A program made the translations under genes and the position numbers. A stretch of 64,000 nt of DNA, taken from contig JAURXY010000031.1 in NCBI GenBank assembly GCA_030654225.1, positions 1,431-65,430 on the forward strand, written 5' to 3'. The stretch comes from a bacterium (GTDB lineage: Bacteria; Patescibacteriota; Minisyncoccia; Moranbacterales; UBA2206). Below are positions 18,744 through 27,477 of this stretch, one piece after another. Numbering within the stretch: position 1 is the first letter of the stretch; the number at the start of each line of letters is the position of its first letter. The notes under the pieces are model-generated. The model worked only from the letters and a program-made list of their open reading frames with translations. It ran no database searches and was not told the origin of the DNA.

Positions 18744-19541
18744 TTATGTAGTTTTCCAATTTAATAAATCTTCTTTGACAATATTTACATTCAACTTCCA
18801 CTTAGAATTCCATTGTGAATTTTCAGCTGGCAATAACGGTTCCAAAACCACTGGATTTGGGTTAGTTATAAAACTCTTTATTTTATCCAGTTCTTCCTTA
18901 TTGGAAACTTCTAAAATTTCTAGTAAATATCCTAGCCTCTTAAGAACTGGTTGTCCCATCTTATTGGCATAGTCAATTAGATTTTTTGATTGGTTAGTTT
19001 GATAAAAATTATACAGCCCCTTTATGACCTCGCTGATTCCACCACAATAAGCAGGAAAAGCCAAACAGTCTACTAGCGTCTTTTCTTGGTCAGTAATATT
19101 AACTTGGTGATTGGCTACCCAGATTTGCGTAATGCCAAAAAATCTCTTCGAATTAAGTCTAATAAACTGATATTCGCTTCCTAATATATTCTTGGAATAG
19201 TTTACAATACCCTTATTAGTTTGAATATATGTTCGCTTAGGTAATTGCTCCGTTAATCCCCAATGATTCAAGGCTGACCAAAAAGATACCGCATAGGGTT
19301 GAACCAAGTTAGCTCCAATCCAAAAATTACTGGCTGTCCAGTTTTCCTGATATCCCTCGGGCACATACAAATACACTTCTCTTTTTAATCGAATAAGCCG
19401 ATTTTCCTTTGATAATTCCGATAAGACCTTCCGAACAGTTCCCTGACTAAGGTCATTAACAATACTCCGAATCTCTGTAAAAGTGTATATCTCCTTACCA
19501 CCTCTATTTAGTTGGGCTAAAATATTATCCTTTGAACTCAT
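18744..19541 (-). CDS. AbiEi-like antitoxin / transcriptional regulator
   Basis: 265 aa. N-terminal winged HTH (FTEIRSIVNDLSQGTVRKVLSELSKENRLIRL). Canonical AbiEi-AbiEii gene order. Confidence 0.6.
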   Translation of the reverse strand: MSSKDNILAQLNRGGKEIYTFTEIRSIVNDLSQGTVRKVLSELSKENRLIRLKREVYLYVPEGYQENWTASNFWIGANLVQPYAVSFWSALNHWGLTEQLPKRTYIQTNKGIVNYSKNILGSEYQFIRLNSKRFFGITQIWVANHQVNITDQEKTLVDCLAFPAYCGGISEVIKGLYNFYQTNQSKNLIDYANKMGQPVLKRLGYLLEILEVSNKEELDKIKSFITNPNPVVLEPLLPAENSQWNSKWKLNVNIVKEDLLNWKTT

Positions 19542-19750
19542 ATGATTAACATTTAGACTTGATTAGTGGCTATTTATATGCATTATCTTAGCATATATGT
19601 TAAAAATTTGCAAATTTCATATAACAACGTCTTGTCCATTTCATTCGGTATATGTAATAGAATATTGATATTTTATAACATATACCTGTTCCTATATAAT
19701 AAAATTAGACTTTTTTATATAACCAACCATAGGATGAGATTATTGTAAAA

Positions 19751-20662
19751 TTATACCCAATTATCCATATTCATCCCCTTTTCGTGAGCCTGCTTAGCTT
19801 CGTCATCACTCAAAATTCCCAGATAGTGCTTGCTGGTGGTTTGGATGTCTGAATGTCCGAGCAAAACTTGAATATGTCCGAGACTGACACCTTTTTTCAT
19901 AAGAAGCGTAGCGAAGCTGTGACGAATTGTGTGAGCAGTGAAGCTTGCGGATAATCCTAGTTTCCTGCGGTAATTTCTGAAATTCCGCTGGGCATCATTT
20001 CTATCCCAGCGATTTGCCTTACTTTCAGCCACAAAAATAAATTTTCCTTCATAGCCTCTTTTTTCAATATATTCCCTGATACATTTCAATGACCAGTCTG
20101 TAAAATATAATTTTCTTTGTTTGTTGCCTTTACCAACAATAGTCACTTCTTTTTTCTCCCAATCCATATCTTGAATTTTCAAATTCAATGCTTCACTGAT
20201 GCGACAACCTGTTGAAATAAGGACTGAAACAAACGCTCTGAATCTAAAATCTCTGATACTGCGTTTTCCGATTGAATCAAAAAACTTTTTCAGTTCTTCT
20301 TCTGTGAGATAGTCAACTCTTCTTTTTGGAATCTTTGGTCTTTTTATTTTTTCAAAATCCATTACCTTAATATGCAATTCATCCTGACAAAATCTCAACG
20401 CTTCTCTGATAACAGATAAGTTATGGGCTCTTGTAGTTGGTTTCAATTCTCGTCTGTTATATTCTTTCTTGAGTTTTGCAATGTGTTCTTCACTCATTTT
20501 TCCAACTTCAAAATCCCCAAGTATTTCAACTGTCCATCTTATAACTTTACTGTATTCATAAATTGAAGCAGGACTCATCTCCTTTTCCAATTCACAATAA
20601 TCCAGATATTTTTTACCAGCTTCGCTAAATTTTATTGAATTTTGTTTTTTAAAAAATAACAT
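19751..20662 (-). CDS. tyrosine recombinase / phage integrase
   Basis: 303 aa. C-terminal HTIRHSF...LLGHSDIQTTSKHY (R-H-R-Y catalytic residues). Confidence 0.85.
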   Translation of the reverse strand: MLFFKKQNSIKFSEAGKKYLDYCELEKEMSPASIYEYSKVIRWTVEILGDFEVGKMSEEHIAKLKKEYNRRELKPTTRAHNLSVIREALRFCQDELHIKVMDFEKIKRPKIPKRRVDYLTEEELKKFFDSIGKRSIRDFRFRAFVSVLISTGCRISEALNLKIQDMDWEKKEVTIVGKGNKQRKLYFTDWSLKCIREYIEKRGYEGKFIFVAESKANRWDRNDAQRNFRNYRRKLGLSASFTAHTIRHSFATLLMKKGVSLGHIQVLLGHSDIQTTSKHYLGILSDDEAKQAHEKGMNMDNWV

Positions 20663-20730
20663 TGGATTTTATGGTTTGTCCAATGTTAGCTTGCGTGTGG
20701 ATTAAGTCAAATCGAGTTATGCACCGTCTA

Positions 20731-22614
20731 TTATGCCATTTCCATATACGCCTTTATTTTAGTAATTGCATCTACTACTTCGCTATTTAATCCATCAATC
20801 GATTTAAGCTCATCAATTATTTTTATCAATCGTTGAAATTTAGTATCCCCGCTTAAACCAGAAACTCCAAGAAGTTTTTCAAGGCTCGTTGAGAACATAA
20901 CATATTTTTCATCTTGGGAGCCTAGTTTTAATGCGTTATTTTCTTTCTCATTATTATTAGAATCAGTATGACTAGCTCCAGCGTCTCCATCGAATATGGT
21001 GAAGTAATTTAAATCAAATGCCTTGCAAATCATTTGATATACCTTTAATTTACTCTTTCCCCAAACTGGGATAATTGATACTGAGTATTTATCAACATTA
21101 CAGCCGATTAGATTTAAAAGTTTTGGCAATGCATATTTATCCCCTGGACCCTCAACTATTATTATTTTTTCTGTAAAAAATATCTCTAGATTTCCTCTTA
21201 AAATCAAACTAACATCTAAGCATCTTTTGGCATAACTATCTAGGTATTCTTCCATCCTATACTCATTGCCGTTGGTTGCGACTTCTTTTTGTAATAGCTT
21301 GTCTTTTTCTGGATATATCTTTCTTTTCTGAACTAGCTTTATTTGCTTCCAGTTTCTCAGTGATATAAAATTTTCTGATTGGGTTGAATAAATTATATGC
21401 AAATTTTTCTGCTCCGAAAATATATTATACATTTTCAATTGCCAGTCAACGTGAAGATGTAATTCTGGTTCGTCAATTAGTAGAATTATCGGCACTTTTT
21501 CTAAACTCGCTACATAATTAAACAGTGCATAAGATACAATGATATTAAATCCAGAACCAAGGTTTTCTGGCAATAATAATTTGTTCTGTTCTTTTTTTGC
21601 AATAAAAGCTGACTTATAGGGTTGCTCCAAATCAATGAAATCAATTTGCGCTTCAATATCAACAGAACATACGTCCTTAATGATTCGATTGACTGTTTTA
21701 ATTAAAGTACTTTTTTCATCAACTATTCCCCTCAAGTTCTGCGCTAATGTTTCATATTTTTCAGCTATATCACTAAAATTCGTCTTCTTTTCTGATTGTC
21801 TTTTCCATTTCCAATGCAAATCACCTAAAATTTTACTTACAAATGAATAGTCTCCAGAGACATCCTTGTCTCTATTCTTTGTTAAATAATAAACTTTTGG
21901 GAAATTTTTTAATCTACTGAGATTGAATGACAGAGAAAACGCAGGAAAATCTGCTGAACGTTCTCCTCCATTTTTTAATTTAAAATTTACACTATAAAAT
22001 CCGCCTCCAGTATTATCAAAGTCAACTTTTGTAGCATTGCCCAAACAACATTCTTTTACTAATTTTTTTAACTCTTCGATATCATCAACACCATCTATTT
22101 TTTCAATTGAAGAAACTTCATATGCCTTCGATTTTAGACTAGCATATATTTCTTGTCCAATTATTCCAGTTAGCGGAATAACTTCTTTATTTATTGTATA
22201 AGCATCATCGAGTATTTTTTCTTGCTTTTCTCTTCTTTTGATGGTTAATCTCACTTTATTGCACGGGACAAGGATTGTATGAGAAATTTGTTTTTCTGAT
22301 ATCACATCAATACTCGTAAAAAATGGATTGACCGTCTCCCCTTCAATAACAATTTTATCTTTAATTCCAGACGCATCACAATGAAAATCTCTTTCACATA
22401 TTTTTGTGGGAAGATAATCCTGTCCAAATAAAAAGTTTATCGCATCTAAAATAGAAGTCTTGCCACTTCCATTTCTGCCAATTATAGATGCTACGGATTC
22501 GCTATCGCAGAAATCAACAACAATTCCCTCATTATCATAACATCTGAAGTTTTTAATTGTTATGCTTTTTAATAACATACACAAAATATCTAATCTCTTA
22601 GTTATATTTCCCAA
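20731..22614 (-). CDS. OLD-family ATP-dependent nuclease (ABC-type ATPase + C-terminal TOPRIM)
   Basis: 627 aa. N-terminal IIGRNGSGKTSILDAINFLFG. C-terminal IIVEGPGDKYALPKL and FDGDAG (Toprim E and DxD). Confidence 0.7.
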   Translation of the reverse strand: MGNITKRLDILCMLLKSITIKNFRCYDNEGIVVDFCDSESVASIIGRNGSGKTSILDAINFLFGQDYLPTKICERDFHCDASGIKDKIVIEGETVNPFFTSIDVISEKQISHTILVPCNKVRLTIKRREKQEKILDDAYTINKEVIPLTGIIGQEIYASLKSKAYEVSSIEKIDGVDDIEELKKLVKECCLGNATKVDFDNTGGGFYSVNFKLKNGGERSADFPAFSLSFNLSRLKNFPKVYYLTKNRDKDVSGDYSFVSKILGDLHWKWKRQSEKKTNFSDIAEKYETLAQNLRGIVDEKSTLIKTVNRIIKDVCSVDIEAQIDFIDLEQPYKSAFIAKKEQNKLLLPENLGSGFNIIVSYALFNYVASLEKVPIILLIDEPELHLHVDWQLKMYNIFSEQKNLHIIYSTQSENFISLRNWKQIKLVQKRKIYPEKDKLLQKEVATNGNEYRMEEYLDSYAKRCLDVSLILRGNLEIFFTEKIIIVEGPGDKYALPKLLNLIGCNVDKYSVSIIPVWGKSKLKVYQMICKAFDLNYFTIFDGDAGASHTDSNNNEKENNALKLGSQDEKYVMFSTSLEKLLGVSGLSGDTKFQRLIKIIDELKSIDGLNSEVVDAITKIKAYMEMA

Positions 22615-22915
22615 TCTGAGCCGATATACAGCCTACTCTTTCTTTGTTTTTTCCTTTTTCTGATTTTTATCTTTACGCAACGATACTTTGTAAGCACCTT
22701 CGTTTACCTCATTTACATTCGGGCTTATTTTCAGAAATGCTGGTTGTTTTTCTGTTCCCCAAAATTCTTTGTTCGGTTTTGTTACTTTTGTCATATATTT
22801 TTTTGTTAATAATTTTCCTATTATTACTGTTGGTAACTTTAATAGGAAAAATTGAAAGAATAATTTTTTTTATAGAGTTTATTAAGCTGTAACTTATAAG
22901 TTTCATCTTTGAGTT

Positions 22916-23326
22916 CTAATAATTAGCAGATTCAATGATTCCAATATTATCTAGAAACTTCTGTAACACATTTTCAGCTAAGACTTTTTCAAGAAACATT
23001 TTTTCTCCTTGCGGGATAATAATATATACCCAAGAATTAACGCCATTTTTATTCAAGCTTGAAAATAATTTATATTGAGTTATTGAATGTTCAGACTCAA
23101 TATCCCCATTGCCTATCTTTGCTTCTCCCCTAATTACTCTTTTATTAAGTTCGTCATAAGCCTCAATATCAGGAATTTTGTTTTGGCAATCTCCTATATT
23201 ATTGTTATTTTCTACAGCACTAGGACATTTCACTGTTACTCCATCAACTGCATAAACATTGAATCCATTTTTCCCAAAAATACTTGCCAATTCTCTTACG
23301 AGAGAATTATGTTTTTCGCTTTCCAT
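22916..23326 (-). CDS. small PD-(D/E)xK-type nuclease-like protein
   Basis: 136 aa. IPDIEAYDE...VIRGEAK fits a PD-(x)n-ExK pattern. Confidence 0.4.
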   Translation of the reverse strand: MESEKHNSLVRELASIFGKNGFNVYAVDGVTVKCPSAVENNNNIGDCQNKIPDIEAYDELNKRVIRGEAKIGNGDIESEHSITQYKLFSSLNKNGVNSWVYIIIPQGEKMFLEKVLAENVLQKFLDNIGIIESANY

Positions 23327-23575
23327 TTTTTGTGATATAATTAGGTTAGTTAGAGAGGGTGACCGAGACCACCTTCCAAAGCAATCTCGGTCGCTCTTTT
23401 TATTTACATCGACTTGTGCGAATGCGTTCAGTCTCGGTTGTGCGAGGACTTTTTTTTACTTGTCCTTTTTTGACAAACCTACCACTGACAGAACTACGGT
23501 GAACCGTTTTTATCTTTGCCATTTGGTTTTTCTTTAATGATTATGTATATCAAAGCCAGCCCAGCTGGAAGATAT

Positions 23576-24211
23576 TTAAAAAACAGGGATATATTGAATT
23601 TCATCACTGTTCGGAACTGGAATTGAGCAAACTACTTTCCCGGCTATGTGGACATTCTCATTAGTTACAATAGGTTTATGAGATTCGTCATTTGTCACGG
23701 GCATTAGCATTAGAGCGGATTTACCCTTATAAAATCTTTTAATACAAGCAGTTCCATCAAGCACCGCAACAACATCATCGCCATTTTCGTAATAATCTTT
23801 TTGAAAAACTAAAACAAAGGATGAATCGCTTATCCCAGCCTGAAGCATTGACGTTCCCGAAGCACGGAGAAAATAATATCTATCTCGCTCATCCTTAATA
23901 AGACTCCTACTAACACTTATATAATCATCAATATTGTCCTGAGCATAAAATTCTGGGGTTCCGCACGAGGCTATCCCACGTAATGGTATTAGAACTTCAT
24001 TCTCTTTCTCGTAATGAATCTCTTGTTCTTTTTCTGCGATTGGTTCCTGCATACTTTTTACAATATCCTGTGTCCTGAAGCGTCTATCGCCTCTTTTTCC
24101 AAATCTAATTGCCTGAACTTTGCCATCATCAGCCCACTTACGAAGTGTGTTAGGATGGCAATTGAGCAATTTGCAAGCTTTTTTAAGCGTTAAAAGTTCA
24201 TTATTATTCAT
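23576..24211 (-). CDS. LexA/CI-like repressor (N-terminal HTH + C-terminal S24 peptidase)
   Basis: 211 aa. HTH LLNCHPNTLRKWADDGKV. S24 motif ASGTSM and a Lys downstream. Confidence 0.7.
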   Translation of the reverse strand: MNNNELLTLKKACKLLNCHPNTLRKWADDGKVQAIRFGKRGDRRFRTQDIVKSMQEPIAEKEQEIHYEKENEVLIPLRGIASCGTPEFYAQDNIDDYISVSRSLIKDERDRYYFLRASGTSMLQAGISDSSFVLVFQKDYYENGDDVVAVLDGTACIKRFYKGKSALMLMPVTNDESHKPIVTNENVHIAGKVVCSIPVPNSDEIQYIPVF

Positions 24212-24324
24212 TTTTATTGTTAGGTTATAGTATTAACTTACCTAATTCTAACATAACTACACTGATTGTCAACAAAAAAACAGGGTATTCCCCGTTTTAA
24301 GCCTCCTTAAATGACTACTCTAAA

Positions 24325-24837
24325 TTATTTACGTTTTTCCACACTATTCACTGCCTTAACATAATTGCAATAATCGCAATCATCTGATGCTTTTGGTATT
24401 TCAGAACTCATTAGACACTTTTTTGCATCTGCCAATGTGTTTTCTACCCAACTATCATCCAACTTATATGGAATAACTTTTATATCAAACTCCAGCTTGC
24501 CATCAAAGGCTTCCTTGTCAGCATCTCCATTGCAATAGACGAAATATCCAGTCTTGGAAACTTTGAACCCATTTTTTCTGAAAAGCCACTAATAAATCTC
24601 CATCTGTCTTTTATATCCAATCTGCCAATCAGCATCTAAGCTAACTTCTCCATTTTTTGAAGTCGCTTTATAATCCACAATCATTAGTTCTCCACTAGAA
24701 CTAACCCAAACATCATCCACTCTTTCACCAAGACTCAATATCACTAAGTTTGTTTGGTTTATATTTATCCCACTCCTCCTGTTTAACATACAACATCTTA
24801 TATTCAATCTTTTTCTGCCTATCATTTGCATCTTCAC
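24325..24837 (-). pseudogene. Cas4/RecB-like PD-(D/E)xK nuclease remnant with in-frame TAG (24589-24591) and missing N-terminus
   Basis: One frame reads ...GERVDDVW..ELMIVDYKATS...RQMEIY*WLF...CDYCNYVKAV. Motifs II, III and QhxxY are present plus a C-terminal Cys cluster. The 5' end overlaps the res stop. Confidence 0.45.
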
Positions 24838-27397
24838 ACCACTGCTTCAAGCGTGCGATTTTCAATGGGTCATCTAAATCTTCCCTGCCCTTGGTTTCAA
24901 TAATATAGACGGTTTTGTCATCTTTTTTTACAAAGAAGTCGGGATAGTAATATGAGATTGAACCATCAGCGTTCTTATAATCAATTTTGAAGTGAATTTC
25001 AAAGTAATTTTTCGCAAATGAAATCACATCGTCACTTTTCTCAAGAAAATCAGAAAACTCCAATTCGAAGTTGCTGTCGCCCACGATTTTATTGAAAACA
25101 CTTTTCTTGGGAATAAGATACGACCTATCCGTAACCACAAATGGACGACTACTACTTATCTTTATGTAATTTTTTATTTCAGCATCTCCCTTGTCTTCAA
25201 TAGTGAGAGCATTTATTTCTTTTTTGAAAGTTTCCCTGATAGTTTTGATGGCTTCAAGTTCAGATAAGTTTCTCAACACATTCAGGTCTTCAAGATTAAC
25301 TTGTTTCTCAAAAAGATAATCTCGCACAAATTCCTTAACTTTTTCAAATAAAATATCATAGCAACCAAACATTCTCATATCCCTCATTATTGTTTGAGCA
25401 AAAAATCCGACAGCACTTTGATAGTTCGGCTCAATTTCAGAATCTAAAACTGTTTTGTGATGAATTTTACCATCCACAACTTCTTGAAAAACAATCTCCT
25501 TCTTTTCCTGTTCAGAAAATTCCTTGATTTTCAATTTAGTATGGGGAAAGTTGGCAACATTCAATGTATGCAAATTTTTGTATTCTCTCTGAATTCTTGG
25601 GGTAAGAATTGGAAGCTCGATGTCTAATTTCGCAATATCCTTTTTAACATTTTCATTATCAATCTCAATAACAATAGGAGTGATTGGCTTAGTTCCAACA
25701 TCCATCGCTTTCTTATCCAAAATAACACCTTCGCTATTTATAGACTTAACAAAATCCATAAATGCAGGGGTTCCGATAATACTCACATATTCTTCAATAT
25801 CATTTCTTCCAAAATACATTCTACGCAAACCTCTTCCTAATGTTTGCTCTGGCAAAATGTTAGCAGTAGATGAATATGCCCTCAATCCAACAATTGTAGT
25901 CACATTCTTCACATCCCAACCCTCTTTAAGCATAAGGACAGAGATTATAGCTTTAAATGGACTATCGTTGCTATCAATATCGTTTGCTTGTTCACGTAAT
26001 TTTATAAGTTCCTTTTCATCTTTTCCTGAAACTTTTTCCGATATATCTCCGCTTTTATTTGTATGAATTGTTAAAACTGCGCCTTTTAAATCTTGAAATG
26101 TTTTTTCCAAATATTCTGCCACTTCATCACAATTCTTCGTATCGTCAGTCATTATAAAAAGGATGGATTTTTTTCCTGTTGGTTTCAACGCTTCATAAGT
26201 CTTCCTCCATTCAGCGACTCCCAAATTCAGATAGTCTTTATATCTTTCTGAAAACAAGGAGCTTTGATTTTCTTGTAGTTTCGCTCTGCTTGCTTCATCT
26301 GGAATGACAGGATTTTTTACAACTCGTTGATGGATAGCTTCAACCAATGGATAGTCAGAAACAGTCTGCACGAAAATTCCTCCATTATTATGCTTTGGTG
26401 TGGCAGTAACATCAATTTGAAGCGAAAGCTTTCCGCCTTTTAATTTGAGCTTATTATGAATATCCTGAATTGATTTAAACCAAGCCAATTTTTCATCGTG
26501 AATGTGATGAGCTTCATCGTTTATAACAACCAATTCATCAACATCACGAATAATTTCTCCCAAGTCAACTTTTGAATCGTTCGTTTTTCCCGCTGGCTTT
26601 GTGCCAAGAAAATATTCTGAAGTGTCTTCATCTTCAAAACTAGCATCTACAACATCACTTTCAAAAACTCTATGTATATTAGTAAGAAAAATATTTCCCG
26701 CATCTGAAATGTGTCCTACGGCATCCTGAAGATGAAGTGTCAATTGAAAATCATCTTCCCAGTTTTGTCCATCATAACCATTGTCGGGAAGCACTGGGTC
26801 GTCGTGAAATATCTTTAGACCTTCAAAATCACTTTTTATTCTTTCTAAAACTATGATGTTTGGAGTAATAAGTAAAAAGTTTTTTGCCAATTGAGAATCA
26901 GTTTCATATAACTTGTGAAAATATGACCACGCTAAAATTAGACTCATTACTTTTGTCTTTCCACTACCAGTAGCCATTTTAATTACAAAACGAAGCCAGT
27001 CTTCATAAAACATATTAGGACTGACTCTGCCTAATGCATCAAACTTGAGCATATCATACTTACTTTCAACTTTTTCAACATCATAAAGCCAGACAACAGT
27101 TTCTACCGCTTCTCTTTGAGCAAAATAATATCTGAATGAAACTGGAATTCCATCTTTACCAAAAATCTGGTGTTCTTCTTTGAACCACCAATTTAAAAGA
27201 CTTTTTGATGTCTGACTAGCACCTTCGTAATTCTTGCCCCTCCAATCCTTCACTTCTTTGCGAAGTTCCGACACGAAAGGAGGCAATAGTTTTTCATATC
27301 CATTGTCCTTGCGTAAATCCTCATCAGCAGGAAACCACCGAACACTTGGGTCTAATATTTCATATGGATTTTGTGGGAAGTCTTTATGTAGTGCCAT
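24725..27397 (-). CDS. res: Type III restriction enzyme Res subunit (SF2 helicase + endonuclease)
   Basis: 890 aa. Walker A ATGSGKTKV and DEAH box INDEAHH. Sits directly downstream of mod. Confidence 0.85.
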   Translation of the reverse strand: MALHKDFPQNPYEILDPSVRWFPADEDLRKDNGYEKLLPPFVSELRKEVKDWRGKNYEGASQTSKSLLNWWFKEEHQIFGKDGIPVSFRYYFAQREAVETVVWLYDVEKVESKYDMLKFDALGRVSPNMFYEDWLRFVIKMATGSGKTKVMSLILAWSYFHKLYETDSQLAKNFLLITPNIIVLERIKSDFEGLKIFHDDPVLPDNGYDGQNWEDDFQLTLHLQDAVGHISDAGNIFLTNIHRVFESDVVDASFEDEDTSEYFLGTKPAGKTNDSKVDLGEIIRDVDELVVINDEAHHIHDEKLAWFKSIQDIHNKLKLKGGKLSLQIDVTATPKHNNGGIFVQTVSDYPLVEAIHQRVVKNPVIPDEASRAKLQENQSSLFSERYKDYLNLGVAEWRKTYEALKPTGKKSILFIMTDDTKNCDEVAEYLEKTFQDLKGAVLTIHTNKSGDISEKVSGKDEKELIKLREQANDIDSNDSPFKAIISVLMLKEGWDVKNVTTIVGLRAYSSTANILPEQTLGRGLRRMYFGRNDIEEYVSIIGTPAFMDFVKSINSEGVILDKKAMDVGTKPITPIVIEIDNENVKKDIAKLDIELPILTPRIQREYKNLHTLNVANFPHTKLKIKEFSEQEKKEIVFQEVVDGKIHHKTVLDSEIEPNYQSAVGFFAQTIMRDMRMFGCYDILFEKVKEFVRDYLFEKQVNLEDLNVLRNLSELEAIKTIRETFKKEINALTIEDKGDAEIKNYIKISSSRPFVVTDRSYLIPKKSVFNKIVGDSNFELEFSDFLEKSDDVISFAKNYFEIHFKIDYKNADGSISYYYPDFFVKKDDKTVYIIETKGREDLDDPLKIARLKQWCEDANDRQKKIEYKMLYVKQEEWDKYKPNKLSDIESW

Positions 27398-27477
27398 AAT
27401 CTTTTATATGCAAAAAAATAATTTATTTTATAAGACAAAACCCAATATGACTAGGGCATTGAAATATAGCTAAGTTT

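Noticed and set aside
23340-23375. Hairpin gaccgagaccaccttccaaagcaatctcggtc followed by T-run on the plus strand
   Set aside because: Terminator-like, but no credible plus-strand gene ends here. Possibly an antisense or bidirectional terminator. Not annotated as a feature.
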